This document shows positions 28,920-41,709 of a stretch of 64,000 nt of DNA, in pieces (the stretch's first letter is position 1; every line of letters starts with the position of its first letter). The notes under the pieces are model-generated. The model was not told the origin of the DNA. It saw only the letters and a list, made by a program, of their open reading frames with translations, and made no database searches. The stretch spans positions 1,024,001-1,088,000 of the forward strand of contig CAVUKB010000005.1 of the NCBI GenBank assembly GCA_963741955.1. Reading direction: 5' to 3'. A program made the position numbers and the translations under genes. The DNA is from an uncultured Acidobacteriota bacterium. GTDB taxonomy: Bacteria > Acidobacteriota > Thermoanaerobaculia > Gp7-AA8.

Positions 28920-29621
28920 TTACTGCCGGTGCCGCCGAAGATGATTGTGCACCTGCGACACTCCGGTGACCTCCCACACCAGGTCCTCTGCGAGCCGCTT
29001 TTCGAACCGTGAGTCGACCCCTCCGTCGAGGGTCACCTCTCCATTTTCGACGTGGACGGTCAGTCCACTCGCATCGATCCGGCCGTCGTCCGTCAGACGC
29101 CGGCAGACGTCGTCTTCGATCCGGTCGTCCGGACGGGTGTACCCCCGAGGACCGCGGCCGGCATGAGGTCCGGCGTTCTCGGTATTCTCGTCGCGGAAGG
29201 TCACACTGTCGAACGAGTCGGAGCCCTGGTCGAAGCCGTAACCCGCCATCGTGCCGCGTCCGGCGCCTCGTTCGCGATATCCTCCCGCGACACCGACGTC
29301 GCGCTCGCTTCCGAACGTCACATCGTAACGGCCGCCGCGCTCCTGCATGCTTCTCCCCTGCTCCATCTGGCGACGCATGTACCGCTGCCATTCCGGGTTC
29401 TCGCGGACCCGGCTCTCGTAGGGGTCGTTCTCACGATCGTAGTCGTAATGCCCGGGATTGCGGTCGTACTGCTCCTGCGTCACGCCGCGCGGCGGTTCCT
29501 CGGCGGGGTCGTGGTCGTACGGACGGCCGTGCTGAGTGTGGATCACACGATTGCCGACCCGTCTCGTCTTCCGGTCCGTCTTCCCTTCCGACGCATCACG
29601 GTCCCATTTCTTTCCAGCCAT
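28920..29621 (-). CDS. BON domain-containing protein
   Basis: GRGPRGYTRPDDRIEDDV..RLTDD..IDAS..V.V.NGEVTLDG..KRLAED...V.GV..VHNHL; RBS AAAGGAG. Confidence 0.9.
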   Translation of the reverse strand: MAGKKWDRDASEGKTDRKTRRVGNRVIHTQHGRPYDHDPAEEPPRGVTQEQYDRNPGHYDYDRENDPYESRVRENPEWQRYMRRQMEQGRSMQERGGRYDVTFGSERDVGVAGGYRERGAGRGTMAGYGFDQGSDSFDSVTFRDENTENAGPHAGRGPRGYTRPDDRIEDDVCRRLTDDGRIDASGLTVHVENGEVTLDGGVDSRFEKRLAEDLVWEVTGVSQVHNHLRRHRQ

Positions 29622-29661
29622 ACGCACTCTCCTTTCCGCATGAGGTGAGGAAGAACTGTCG

Positions 29662-29677
29662 AGCAAGGAGAGTGCCG
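29662..29677 (-). promoter_or_regulatory. Putative sigma54 promoter of the BON gene
   Basis: Minus strand CGGCACTCTCCTTGCT (GG-N10-GC), ~40 nt upstream of the ATG. Confidence 0.6.
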
Positions 29678-30007
29678 GTGTCGTTCGCGACGAAGAGCGA
29701 GAGTGGAGATGAGTATGGAGCTTCAGACGGCTGCGCTTCTGCCGCAGGTGTCGTCTCGTTGCGTTCTGAAGGGCGATCTGCGCGGCCACGGCGGAAGCCG
29801 TGACGCCCCTCGGAGAGGGGATCCTTTACTGCCCAGCAAGGTCGCGTCGACTCCCGGCTGACACGCTGATTTTGCTTAAGTAAGTTCGGGCCATTGGGGT
29901 TAGCGGCGGATTCGAAATCCGCACTCCTCGGGCGCGCCCTCATTCGCCTCGGGCGAGAGGCGCGACCCACTCGGCGCGATCCACTGATGCCGCACCCGAA
30001 GTCCGGA

Positions 30008-32287
30008 CTATGCCGGCTCGATACGCTGCACGCTCTGGTAGCCGCGCGGCAGCTTCAACCCGCGCTGGGCGCGCTTCCCGACATAGGTCTCGAGATCGTC
30101 GCCTTTGATCGTCACGAAGCGTTTGCCCGAGTAGACGACGAGAGCGCCATTCTCCGAAACGACTGCAGCGTCGACGACCTCCTCTTTCGGCAGCAGTCCT
30201 TTCGCGGTATGCACCTTGATCGTCCGCACTCCCTTCCCGCGGCTCAGCTTCGGCAGTTCCGCCAGCGGGAAGAGAAGGAGCTTTCCTTCCGTGGTCACCG
30301 ACGCGATGCGATCGTGCTCGTAGTCGAGCACGCGGCGCGGCGGGAGCGGTTTCGCTCCTTTCGAGATATTCATCACGGACTTTCCGGCCCTGATGCGGGT
30401 CTGCATGTCGTCGAGACGGATCACGAATCCGTTGCCGTCCGTCGTCGACAGAAGCCACAGATCGTCCGGCGCTCCCATCATCACGCCGATGAAGCTCGCT
30501 CCGGGCGGTGGCGACACATTCGACGAGAGCGGTTCACCATGGCCCTTCGCCGAGGGGAGCGTATGCGCCGGGAGCGAATACGTCCGCCCCGTCGAGTCGA
30601 GGAAGACGGCGTTCTGGTTGCTCCGCCCCTGCGCCGCGACGAGGAACGAATCCCCGGCCTTGTAGCCGAGGCTCGTCGCGTCGATGTCGTGGCCCTTGGC
30701 CGCACGGACCCAGCCTCGCTCGGAGAGGATCACCGTGACCGGGTCCGACGGCACCAGCGAGCGCTCGTCGATCGCCTTCGCCGCTTCGCGCTGCACGATC
30801 GGAGAGCGCCGCTCGTCGCCGTACTCTTCCGCATCGCGCGCGAGCTCGTCTCCCACCTGCTTCCGCAGGCGAGCCTTCGACTTGAGTGTCTTCTCGAGAT
30901 CGTCGCGCTCGCGCGCCAGCTCGTCCTGCTCGCCGCGGATCTTCATCTCCTCGAGCTTGCTCAGATGGCGCAACTTCAGCTCGAGGATCGCTTCCGCCTG
31001 AATGTCGGTGATCTTGAACCGCTTCATCAGCACCGGCTTCGGCTCGTCCTCGGTGCGGATGATCCGGATCACCTCGTCGATGTTGAGATACGCGACGAGA
31101 AATCCGTCCAGGATGTGCAGCCGGTGGGTGACCTGATCGAGCCGCCACTGCAGACGCCGCCGGACCGTTTCGATCCGGAAGGTCAGCCACTCGTCGAGGA
31201 TGCTGCGAAGGTCGTACTGACGCGGCCGGCCCTCCAGTCCGATCATGGTCATGTTCACCCGATACGTCCGCTCGAGATCGGTGGTGGCGAACAGATGCGC
31301 CATCAGCTCGTCCGCATCGACGCGGTTCGAGCGCGGCACGATCACCAGACGGGTGGGGTTCTCGTGATCCGACTCGTCACGCAGATCCTCGACCATTGGA
31401 AGCTTCTTCGCCTGCATCTGCTGCGCGATCTGCTGGAGGATCTTGCTCCCGGAAACCTGATACGGAAGTGCGGTGATCACGACGTCGCCGTCGTCACGCT
31501 CCCACACCGCCCGCATGCGCACCGACCCGGAGCCGCTGCGGTACATCTCGAGGATCTCTTCGCGGGGCGTGATGATCTCGGCGTCGGTCGGAAAATCGGG
31601 CCCGGGAATCTGTTCACAGATCTCTTCGATCGTCGTGTCGGGATTCTCGAGCAGCAGAATGCACGCCGACACGACTTCGCGCACGTTGTGCGAAGGGACG
31701 TCGGTCGCCATCCCGACTGCGATCCCGGACGCGCCGTTGAGCAGCACGTGCGGGAGTCGTGACGGCAGAAGCCGCGGCTCTCGCATCGTCCCGTCGAAGT
31801 TGAGGCCCCACTCGACCGTCCCCTGTCCCAGCTCGCTGAGCAGCGTCTCCGAGAACCGTGCGAGCCTGGCCTCGGTGTAACGCATCGCGGCGAACGATTT
31901 CGGATCGTCGGGTGAGCCCCAGTTCCCCTGCCCGTCGACCAGCGGATAGCGCATGCTGAACGGCTGCGCCATCAGCACCATCGCCTCGTAGCACGCGCTG
32001 TCGCCATGCGGATGGTATTTGCCGAGCACGTCGCCGACCGTGCGCGCCGATTTCTTGTACTTCGATCCGGCGCTCAATCCAAGCTCCGACATCGCGTAGA
32101 TGATCCGTCGCTGCACGGGCTTCAGTCCGTCCGCGAGATGCGGCAGCGCGCGGTCGAGGACCACGTACATCGAGTAATCGAGGTACGCCTTCTCCGCGAA
32201 ACTCGCCACCGGAATCCGCTCGAAGTCCATCGGCGGAGGCGGTGGCGGCATTTTCCTGCGACTCTTCGATGCAGATTTTCTAGGCAT
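30008..32287 (-). CDS. parC: DNA topoisomerase IV subunit A
   Basis: [68 protein letters not shown]. Confidence 0.96.
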   Translation of the reverse strand: MPRKSASKSRRKMPPPPPPMDFERIPVASFAEKAYLDYSMYVVLDRALPHLADGLKPVQRRIIYAMSELGLSAGSKYKKSARTVGDVLGKYHPHGDSACYEAMVLMAQPFSMRYPLVDGQGNWGSPDDPKSFAAMRYTEARLARFSETLLSELGQGTVEWGLNFDGTMREPRLLPSRLPHVLLNGASGIAVGMATDVPSHNVREVVSACILLLENPDTTIEEICEQIPGPDFPTDAEIITPREEILEMYRSGSGSVRMRAVWERDDGDVVITALPYQVSGSKILQQIAQQMQAKKLPMVEDLRDESDHENPTRLVIVPRSNRVDADELMAHLFATTDLERTYRVNMTMIGLEGRPRQYDLRSILDEWLTFRIETVRRRLQWRLDQVTHRLHILDGFLVAYLNIDEVIRIIRTEDEPKPVLMKRFKITDIQAEAILELKLRHLSKLEEMKIRGEQDELARERDDLEKTLKSKARLRKQVGDELARDAEEYGDERRSPIVQREAAKAIDERSLVPSDPVTVILSERGWVRAAKGHDIDATSLGYKAGDSFLVAAQGRSNQNAVFLDSTGRTYSLPAHTLPSAKGHGEPLSSNVSPPPGASFIGVMMGAPDDLWLLSTTDGNGFVIRLDDMQTRIRAGKSVMNISKGAKPLPPRRVLDYEHDRIASVTTEGKLLLFPLAELPKLSRGKGVRTIKVHTAKGLLPKEEVVDAAVVSENGALVVYSGKRFVTIKGDDLETYVGKRAQRGLKLPRGYQSVQRIEPA

Positions 32288-32295
32288 GATCGTTC

Positions 32296-32326
32296 GTGAG
32301 TTGCGAGTTGTCGGTTGCGGTTGCAA
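32296..32326. repeat. Degenerate 6-7-mer tract (GAGTTGC/CGGTTGC) between parE and parC
   Basis: GTGAGTTGCGAGTTGTCGGTTGCGGTTGCAA directly after the parE stop. Confidence 0.5.
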
Positions 32327-32328
32327 CC

Positions 32329-34221
<1,893 letters not shown>

Positions 34222-34376
34222 GTTTTCAGTCGGTTGGATTCAGATCGAGATCCGCTTGCGCTGCCGCCCAGGGGGCATCTCCACCGCGCGGCGGCACATG
34301 ATAACGCAAGGGGGCGCCTCCTTATAGCTCCGCGGCGCGAGAATGCACCGGCGCATGCCGCTCGTTCTACTCTTCA

Positions 34377-35042
34377 GTGAATCATCTGGCGCATCTCTTC
34401 CTCGCCGATGACGATGCCGAGTCGCTCATCGGGAACCTGGCCGCCGATTTCCTGAAGGGACCGATCCCTCACGATCTCGCTTCCGGCGTGCAGCGCGGGA
34501 TCGCGCTCCACCGGAAGGTCGACGCGTTCACAGATTCGCACGAAACGGTGATGCGCAGCCGGCAACGGCTGTTCGAGCGATGGCACCACCACGCGAGAAT
34601 CATCGTCGACGTCGCGTACGACCACTTCCTTTCGCGGGAGTGGTCGCGGTACCACTCCGTTCCGCTCCCTCGATTCATCGATGCGACGTACGTGACGCTT
34701 CTCCGTGCGGTCGATCTCGCCCCCCCCGAGCTGCGCCGTCCTCTTCCCCGGATGATCGAGAACGACTGGCTCAGCCGCTGCGGTGACATCGAGGGCGTGC
34801 GGAACGCGCTCCGTTTCATCTCGCGCCGGATGCGGCGTGACATCGGTCTCGAGGACGCCGCGGACGACGTCGAGCGGATGCGCGACGAGCTTTCCGGCGA
34901 CTTCGCGACGTTCTTCCCGCAGCTGATCCGCGCAGTGGAGAAGTGGAACGCCCCCGACCAGACCATTCACGGGACTTCGACTGCAGAGCGCGACACCGGC
35001 CTCTCCCCCGTGTCGGACGGCGACTCCGCCTCCTCGACCTGA
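34377..35042 (+). CDS. acpH: Acyl carrier protein phosphodiesterase
   Basis: MNHLAHLFLA, GNLAADFLKG, GIALHRKVDAFTDSH, VDVAYDHFL, F..FFPQL. Confidence 0.88.
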   Translation: MNHLAHLFLADDDAESLIGNLAADFLKGPIPHDLASGVQRGIALHRKVDAFTDSHETVMRSRQRLFERWHHHARIIVDVAYDHFLSREWSRYHSVPLPRFIDATYVTLLRAVDLAPPELRRPLPRMIENDWLSRCGDIEGVRNALRFISRRMRRDIGLEDAADDVERMRDELSGDFATFFPQLIRAVEKWNAPDQTIHGTSTAERDTGLSPVSDGDSASST

Positions 35043-35333
35043 GAGTCTGCCCGGTAGAGATGTCCGTAGCGAGAAAGTGGAGCAGCGACACGGTGGTACC
35101 GTTGACGACGAGGAGGCCGAGATTGCGCCGCGCCACCACCAGCCCGACGAGTCACGGGCGGCGACAGATGGTCTGCCTCCCGGCGACTCTCCTGTTTCGG
35201 CCATGGGGAGCCGAGGCTCCAGCCGCGGCCGGCACGGCAGAAGCCGTGCCGCTCCACTGCGGCTCCGGCTCGACAAATCTCTCCTCGTCGCTCCACTTCC
35301 TCCGGGAGCCTGCGCGGCAGAAGTATCCGTCGC

Positions 35334-36398
35334 CTAGAACACGAGCTTTCGGACGTTGAGACGGTCCTCGGCCGGCTCCACTGCGAACCGGAGAATTCCG
35401 ATCGTATCTCCGTGGTCCGAGAGCGCCATCACCCGCCACTCTCCCGGCTGGACCTCGCCTTTGAACGTGTAGCCGCGGTAGCCTCCCTCGCGCCCGCCGC
35501 GAATCACGAACGGGACGTCCCCTTCGAACAGCCATCGTTTCGACTGCCGGTCGAAGCGCTCCCACCGGTGATGGATGGTGGTCTCGATTCCGGGCGGCAC
35601 CCACACCGAGGTGAAACAGTAGATCGGTTCCGCATCGCGCCGGTGCCAGACCCGACTCGACGCGATCCAGAACTGCCAGGGACGTGGCCGCTCGACGGTC
35701 ATCACGTAGCTCCCGTCGCTTCGGATGAGATCGTGCGCGAGAAGCATCTGCTTCTTCACCAGAGGTACGGGCGGGATCACGTTCAGCGCGAAGAGCACCA
35801 CCAGGAGAGTCGCGACGACGAAGGAGGGGATCACATAGACGAAGCGCTGTCGCGTGAGGTAGCGGAGGCCGACCACCAGCGCGACCGCGAAGATCGTACT
35901 GACGTAGAACCAGACCTGGCTGATGCTGCGGAACATGTGCGGGAGGGCGAAATTGAGCAGCATGATCCCGGCGAACGCGAAGAACGTCCAGGAGAGCATC
36001 ATCCGGCTGTAGCGGCTCTCGAGGAATTCGTTTCCCACCAGGAGGACCACCAGCCCGAGCACCAGCAGCAGTCCGGGAAGGTCGCTGGAGCTGAGGAAGT
36101 AGAAGATCACCAGCGCGCTGAAGATCCCGCCGAATAAGAACTGCAGGGCCCAGTTCATCCACTCCGCGAAGCGCCACTTGACGTCACGGCCGATGAGAAC
36201 GATCAGAACCGCGGAAGCGATCCAGTACCCGAAGAGCAGAAGGAGGTCCCACGACTTGATCGTCCGCCCCAGCGTGATCGCATCCCAGAGGAATCCCCCC
36301 ACGAAGGCGACCGCCGGGAGCCAGGTGCGCACCCGCTCGAAGCGGGAGACGACCGTCGTCTCGGTGGGAGGGGAGGACTTCTCGATCTCGTCAGGCAT
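35334..36398 (-). CDS. DUF2914-like membrane protein
   Basis: Multiple TM helices (GGFLWDAITLGR), then YCFTSVWVP, IHHRW, GGREGGYRGYTFK, PGEWRV. Confidence 0.8.
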   Translation of the reverse strand: MPDEIEKSSPPTETTVVSRFERVRTWLPAVAFVGGFLWDAITLGRTIKSWDLLLLFGYWIASAVLIVLIGRDVKWRFAEWMNWALQFLFGGIFSALVIFYFLSSSDLPGLLLVLGLVVLLVGNEFLESRYSRMMLSWTFFAFAGIMLLNFALPHMFRSISQVWFYVSTIFAVALVVGLRYLTRQRFVYVIPSFVVATLLVVLFALNVIPPVPLVKKQMLLAHDLIRSDGSYVMTVERPRPWQFWIASSRVWHRRDAEPIYCFTSVWVPPGIETTIHHRWERFDRQSKRWLFEGDVPFVIRGGREGGYRGYTFKGEVQPGEWRVMALSDHGDTIGILRFAVEPAEDRLNVRKLVF

Positions 36399-36523
36399 TG
36401 CGGCGCATTCTACTTCGCAGAGGGAGGAGTCGCGTCGCCGGACACCCGAGGTCGAACGCCGCGCCACATCCCGAGCGCTTCATTTCGTTATACGCTTCGC
36501 CGAGCAAACTCAGGAGGACACTC

Positions 36524-38605
36524 ATGGTCCGACGCAGCATCACTCTCGCCCTCGCCTTCTCGTTCGTTACACTCTCGCTCGTGAGTGCAGCGAATTCGCC
36601 TTCTCCATCGACGACCACCCGCTTCGCGGACGTGCGATCGCAACTCGCCGCCGAGCTCACCGCGAAGTACGGCGACACCCAGCGTGAGCGCCTCGAGCGC
36701 GGCATGGAACAGGTGGCGAGCTTCTGGCGGGCCGAGGATGGCGACGCCGATGCGTTCGCATCCTTCATCCGCAGCGACTTCGCCGGCGACCCGACGACCC
36801 TCGACGCGATGTTCGACCGCTTCCAGTCCGCTCTCGAACAGCTGGACGGCAACATGCTGGAGATCAACCGGAAATTCCGTGAGCAGGTCGACCTCGACCG
36901 CGGTCCGATCCTTCCGATGGATCAGATCATGTCCGCGTGGGATCCGTCCGCGCACGTGAACGACGACTTCTTCCAGAACAAGCTCGCATTCGTCGCGCTC
37001 CTGAACTTCCCTCTCACCACGCTCGACGAGCGGCTCACCGACGGAAAGAACTGGAGCCGCCGCCACTGGGCCGAGGTCCGTCTCGCGCAGCGCTTCTCGC
37101 ATCGGGTCCCGGCCGAAGTGAATCAGGACATCAGCGCGGCCCTCTCTGATGCCGACGCGTACATCGCCGAGTACAACATCTGGATGCACCATCTCCTCAC
37201 GAACGACGGCCGCCGCCTCTTCCCCGCGAAGCTCCGCCTCATCTCGCACTGGAATCTTCGTGACGAGCTGAAGGCCGACTACAGCGACCCGGCCGGACTC
37301 GAGAAGCAGCAGATGATCGAAAAGGTGATGGAGCGCATCGTCACCCAGACCATTCCCGCCGCGGTGATCAATAATCCCAACGTCGACTGGAACCCGTACA
37401 CCAACGAAGTGAAGCCGACGAGCTCGTTCGACGGCGACACTCCGGCGCCTCCCGCCCACCTCACCGCCGCCCGCGAGCCCGACACCCGCTACGCGAAGCT
37501 CCTCGGCGTGTTCCATGCGACGCAGAAGGAAGACGCGTACTCTCCGAATGCGCCGACTCTCATCGACCGCCGGTTCAACGAGGACCGCGAGATCCCCGAG
37601 GCCCGCGTCGAAGCGATGTTCGAACAGATCGTCGCCTCACCGCTGGTGCCGAAGGTGGCGGCCCTGATCGAGAAGCGGCTCGGGCGGAAGCTCCAGCCGT
37701 TCGACATCTGGTACAACGGATTCCGGCAGCGGGGCCAGTACACAGAGGCACAGCTCGACGCGATCACCTCCGGAAAATACCCGACTGCAGCGGCGTACGG
37801 CGCCGACATTCCGAACATCCTGGAGAAGCTCGGCTTCTCTCCCGAGCGTGCACGCTACGTGGCGGCGAACATCGTCGTCGACCCGGCACGCGGCGCAGGT
37901 CACGCAATGGGGGCCGCCCGTCGCGGCGACAAGGCGCATCTCCGGACACGCGTCGAAAAAGAAGGGATGAACTACAAGGGCTACAACATCGCGGTGCACG
38001 AGATGGGGCACAACGTCGAGCAGACGTTCTCGCTCGACGACATCGACTACACCCTTCTCGAGGGCGTGCCGAACACCGCGTTCACCGAGGCGCTCGCATT
38101 CGTCTTTCAGAACCGGGACCTCGAGCTCCTCGGGCTGGCGAAGCCGGGCGAGGAAGCTCGGGCACTCTCGACGCTGAACGAATTCTGGGGCGCCTACGAG
38201 ATCGCCGGAGTGGCTCTGGTCGACATGAGAGTGTGGCACTGGATGTACGCGCACCCGAATGCCACCCCCGCCGAGCTCCGCGAAGCGACGGTGCAGATCT
38301 CGAAGGACCTCTGGAACCAGTACTACGCTCCGGTGTTCGGCCAGAAGGACGTCGTGCTCCTCGGCATCTACTCGCACATGATCGACGCGATGCTCTACCT
38401 CCCGGACTACCCGATCGGACACATGATCGCGTACCAGATCGAAGAGCAGATGGAGAAGAGCGGGAAGATCGGTCCCGAGTTCGAGCGGATGGCGAAGATC
38501 GGGAGCGTGGTTCCCGATCTCTGGATGACCGAAGCCACCGGAAAGCCGGTCGGACCCGAGGCGCTCCTCGCCGCGACGAAGAACGCGCTGGGGGTGGAGC
38601 GGTGA
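36524..38605 (+). CDS. Secreted gluzincin-like (M2/M3-like) metallopeptidase of uncharacterised family
   Basis: RBS AGGAGG, signal peptide, AVHEMGH followed by NTAFTEALA; late YLPDYPIGH. Confidence 0.75.
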   Translation: MVRRSITLALAFSFVTLSLVSAANSPSPSTTTRFADVRSQLAAELTAKYGDTQRERLERGMEQVASFWRAEDGDADAFASFIRSDFAGDPTTLDAMFDRFQSALEQLDGNMLEINRKFREQVDLDRGPILPMDQIMSAWDPSAHVNDDFFQNKLAFVALLNFPLTTLDERLTDGKNWSRRHWAEVRLAQRFSHRVPAEVNQDISAALSDADAYIAEYNIWMHHLLTNDGRRLFPAKLRLISHWNLRDELKADYSDPAGLEKQQMIEKVMERIVTQTIPAAVINNPNVDWNPYTNEVKPTSSFDGDTPAPPAHLTAAREPDTRYAKLLGVFHATQKEDAYSPNAPTLIDRRFNEDREIPEARVEAMFEQIVASPLVPKVAALIEKRLGRKLQPFDIWYNGFRQRGQYTEAQLDAITSGKYPTAAAYGADIPNILEKLGFSPERARYVAANIVVDPARGAGHAMGAARRGDKAHLRTRVEKEGMNYKGYNIAVHEMGHNVEQTFSLDDIDYTLLEGVPNTAFTEALAFVFQNRDLELLGLAKPGEEARALSTLNEFWGAYEIAGVALVDMRVWHWMYAHPNATPAELREATVQISKDLWNQYYAPVFGQKDVVLLGIYSHMIDAMLYLPDYPIGHMIAYQIEEQMEKSGKIGPEFERMAKIGSVVPDLWMTEATGKPVGPEALLAATKNALGVER

Positions 38606-38843
38606 GCGGTGAGCGGTGAGCGGTGAGCGGTGAGCGGTGAGCGAATAATATTCTGCGCGAGCGCGTTTCTTGCGAATATTATTCTGTGATTGTGCGCAGT
38701 GTCAGAATAAAATTCGTCCGCCTCGCGGACTCGCTCCATTGTCCGCGAGGGTCGGACGTGTCGGACAGGTCGGACGTCGGCAAACCGCTCGCCGCTCGCT
38801 ACTCGCCGCTCCCTACTCGCCTCTCGCTACTCGCCGCTCGCTA
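38597..38843. repeat. Paired inverted heptamer tracts between convergent genes
   Basis: (GAGCGGT)x6 at 38597-38638; (CTCGCCG/CTCGCTA)x~8 at ~38788-38843; an AT-rich hairpin and GTCGGAC-containing nonamers lie between. Confidence 0.85.
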
Positions 38844-40121
38844 CTTTCCTTCATTCTGAATTCGCGATCTCTCGACCGCAGAAATTCCGGCCAGCCGTCC
38901 GCTCGCCCAGGCCCACTGGAAGTTGAAGCCGCCGATCCGCCCATCGACGTCGAGGATCTCGCCGCAGAGATGGAGTCGGGGGACGATGCGCGATTCCATC
39001 GACGAGAGCTCGATCTCGGTGAGCGGGACTCCCCCGGCCGTTGCCTCCGCGTAACGGAATCCTCGATCGCCGGTCACCGGGAGGGGAAGCTCGGTCATGG
39101 AATGGAGGAGGCGCCGCCGCTCCTCGCGTGTGAGCTGGCCGATCATCCGTTCGCCCGGGAGGGCGGCGAACGAGAGGAGCGCCGTGGCAAAGCGATCCGG
39201 AAATCGTCCCGACATCCACGACCCGACCGTGCGCCGAGGATTCTCACGCGCTTCGGCCACGATGGCTTCTTCCAGCTCGCCGAATGTGCGACCCGGGACG
39301 ATCGAAGCCCGCAGCTCGACGTCTTCGTTCATTCGCGCCTGCAGCCAGTGGCGACTCATGTCGAGCACCACCGGCCCGCTCAGGCCGAAATGCGTGAGGA
39401 GCATCGATCCGGCCATCCGCTGCAGGAGCCTTCCGCGGGCGCCGAGGAGTGCGAGCTCGACCTCGAGCGAGACTCCACTCAACGACGTGAGCCAGTGACT
39501 GCGAGGAAGGAGAAGGGGGACCAGAGCCGGAATGGTGTCGGTCACTGAATGTCCCATCGAGCGAGCGAGCGAGTAACCGCCGCCGTCGCTACCAGTCTCC
39601 GGAACGCTTCGGCCGCCGGTGGCGAGAATCACGTTGCGCGCTTCGAAGGCTCCGTCGTTCGTGGTCAGACGGAATCCGTTCTCGAGACGATGGATTCCGC
39701 TGATTCGATGCGCGGAGCGGACCGCGGCGCCGGCGTCGGATGCGGCGCGGAGGAGCGCGTCGAGAACGGTCCGCGCCTGATTGGAGGTGGGAAAGAGCTT
39801 CCCGCTCTCCTCCCGCTGCAGCGGTGCGCCGATCTCGCGGAAGAATGCGACCGTCTCAGGGACGTCGAACGTCCGGAGGACCCGGGCGATGGCGTTGCGG
39901 CTGCTTCCGTTGAAATCGGCTCCGGAGACCTGCTCGTGGGTGACGTTGCAGCGCCCTCCTCCCGCGATCAGAATCTTCGCACCGATCTTCGGCGCACCGT
40001 CGAAAGCGACGATCGAAACCGATCTCCCGGAGTCGCTCGCGGCACGTCCTGCCGAGATCGCCGCCATCAGGCCTGCCGCGCCTGCGCCAACGATCGCGAC
40101 GCCGATCTTCTGTCCCGTCAC
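38841..40121 (-). CDS. HI0933/BaiN-family NAD(P)/FAD-dependent flavoprotein
   Basis: IVGAGAAGLMAA, KILIAGGGRCNVT, LATGGRS, THFGLSGP, ATAGGV, GEILDVDGRIGGFNFQWAWASG. Confidence 0.93.
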   Translation of the reverse strand: MTGQKIGVAIVGAGAAGLMAAISAGRAASDSGRSVSIVAFDGAPKIGAKILIAGGGRCNVTHEQVSGADFNGSSRNAIARVLRTFDVPETVAFFREIGAPLQREESGKLFPTSNQARTVLDALLRAASDAGAAVRSAHRISGIHRLENGFRLTTNDGAFEARNVILATGGRSVPETGSDGGGYSLARSMGHSVTDTIPALVPLLLPRSHWLTSLSGVSLEVELALLGARGRLLQRMAGSMLLTHFGLSGPVVLDMSRHWLQARMNEDVELRASIVPGRTFGELEEAIVAEARENPRRTVGSWMSGRFPDRFATALLSFAALPGERMIGQLTREERRRLLHSMTELPLPVTGDRGFRYAEATAGGVPLTEIELSSMESRIVPRLHLCGEILDVDGRIGGFNFQWAWASGRLAGISAVERSRIQNEGK

Positions 40122-40178
40122 GGAGCGGAGTCTATCTGCTTTCGAAGCAGGTGCGTCTCCGCCGCGCCGGTTCCCGGA

Positions 40179-40496
40179 TCAACGCGCTTCGGCGCGTGGT
40201 TCGTCGTCCTGCCGCCGGCGGTCGCGTGAAGGTTCCTCCTCCTGCGGTCGTGCGCGCTGGATCGCTCCGTCGAAATAGAGCGCCTCGAGTCCCGAGGCCC
40301 AGTAGGCAAGAGCGCCGCGATCGGGCTGCCATGTTTCGCGGCCGGTACGAAGCACCTCGTTGACGTCGTCGAGCGGATGAAACTCCACCCAGCCGTCCCA
40401 GCTGTCGTCGGTGCGCTGCTCTCCATAAACGCGAATGACATACTCCGTCCCCCGCGAGGCGATCTGTTCCTTGTACTGCTGAATGAGTTCAGCCAT
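40179..40496 (-). CDS. Small hypothetical protein
   Basis: MAELIQQY...WDGWVEFHP...LRTGRETWQP...LAYWASGLEALYFDGAIQRA; RBS AGGGGAG; sigma54-like site upstream. Confidence 0.7.
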   Translation of the reverse strand: MAELIQQYKEQIASRGTEYVIRVYGEQRTDDSWDGWVEFHPLDDVNEVLRTGRETWQPDRGALAYWASGLEALYFDGAIQRARPQEEEPSRDRRRQDDEPRAEAR

Positions 40497-40556
40497 TGGT
40501 GTCTCCCCTTCTGTCGCTCCCAGGGACGAGAGCTTTTCTCTCATGGCTACAGACAT

Positions 40557-40572
40557 CGCAAGAGACGCGCCA
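40557..40572 (-). promoter_or_regulatory. Putative sigma54 promoter
   Basis: Minus strand TGGCGCGTCTCTTGCG, nearly identical to the site at 2932-2947. Confidence 0.62.
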
Positions 40573-40704
40573 CTTTTTTAGGGGTTTTCACTGAGCTTGC
40601 TTTGGACGCTGTCCCTTACGGCGATTCGGGAGTGAAGACTTTTTTCGCGACCCGGACTAAAATCTGCGGCTTCAGAGCACGTTCCCGGAAAAAGGAGAGA
40701 AGCA

Positions 40705-41709
40705 ATGAGGACAGTCCTTCGAGGGCTCGCCTGGATACTGGTCATACTCGTCGTCATCGCCGGTGCGGGATTCGCGTGGCTCGCACTCCGCTCGCCGGAG
40801 ATGAGACCCGCCCCCTCCATCGCACTGCACGCGACACCGGAGCAACTCGCGCGCGGAGCGTATCTCTTCAACCACGTCTCCGACTGTGTGGGCTGCCACT
40901 CCGATCACCTCTCCGATCGTTGGGCATTTCCACCGAGACCCGGCACCGAGGGGAGTGGAGGCTTCGCGTTCGACAAGGGAATGGGAGTCCCGGGAGTGGT
41001 CGTCGCCGCGAACATCACTCCGGACCGGGAGACCGGTGTCGGCTCATGGAGCGACGGGGAGATCATTCGAGCGATCCGCGAGGGAGTGACCCGAACGGGA
41101 GATGCGCTCTTCCCGATCATGCCTTACGAAGGCTACCGTCACATGAGCGACGACGACGTCGAAGCGGTGGTGGCGTACCTCCGTACACTCGCACCGCGGC
41201 GCAACCGCATCGCTCCCCGGCAACTCGATTTCCCGGTGAAGTACATGATCAAGTTCGCTCCGAAGCCCGTCACCGCGAAGGTCGACGCACCGGATCCGAA
41301 CGACAGCGTCGCGTACGGGCGGTATCTCGTCTCCATCGCCGGATGCGGCGATTGCCACACCCCGCGCGACGAACACGGCAAACCGCTTCCCGGGCGTGAG
41401 TTCACCGGAGGAAATACGATGATCGGCCCGTGGGGGAGAGTCGTCACCGCAAACATCACACCTGACCCCTCCACCTTCGTCGGTTCGGCGACGAAACCTC
41501 AGTTCATCGCTCGCTTCAAGGCGTATGCGCACGACGATCCCTCCTCGATTCCGCAGGTCCCGAAAGGGCTGAACACCGTCATGCCGTGGAACGCGTTCTC
41601 CGGAATGACCGAGCACGACCTCGGAGCGATCTACGATTACCTCCACACGCTGCCGCCGAACCCGACGCGCGTGGTGACGTTCCCCGACGCAACGCATCCG
41701 GGTACGTAG
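40705..41709 (+). CDS. Membrane-anchored di-heme cytochrome c
   Basis: N-terminal TM helix; CVGCH and CGDCH heme motifs; ANITPD..TG.G.WSD, IMPY, VMPW. Confidence 0.9.
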   Translation: MRTVLRGLAWILVILVVIAGAGFAWLALRSPEMRPAPSIALHATPEQLARGAYLFNHVSDCVGCHSDHLSDRWAFPPRPGTEGSGGFAFDKGMGVPGVVVAANITPDRETGVGSWSDGEIIRAIREGVTRTGDALFPIMPYEGYRHMSDDDVEAVVAYLRTLAPRRNRIAPRQLDFPVKYMIKFAPKPVTAKVDAPDPNDSVAYGRYLVSIAGCGDCHTPRDEHGKPLPGREFTGGNTMIGPWGRVVTANITPDPSTFVGSATKPQFIARFKAYAHDDPSSIPQVPKGLNTVMPWNAFSGMTEHDLGAIYDYLHTLPPNPTRVVTFPDATHPGT

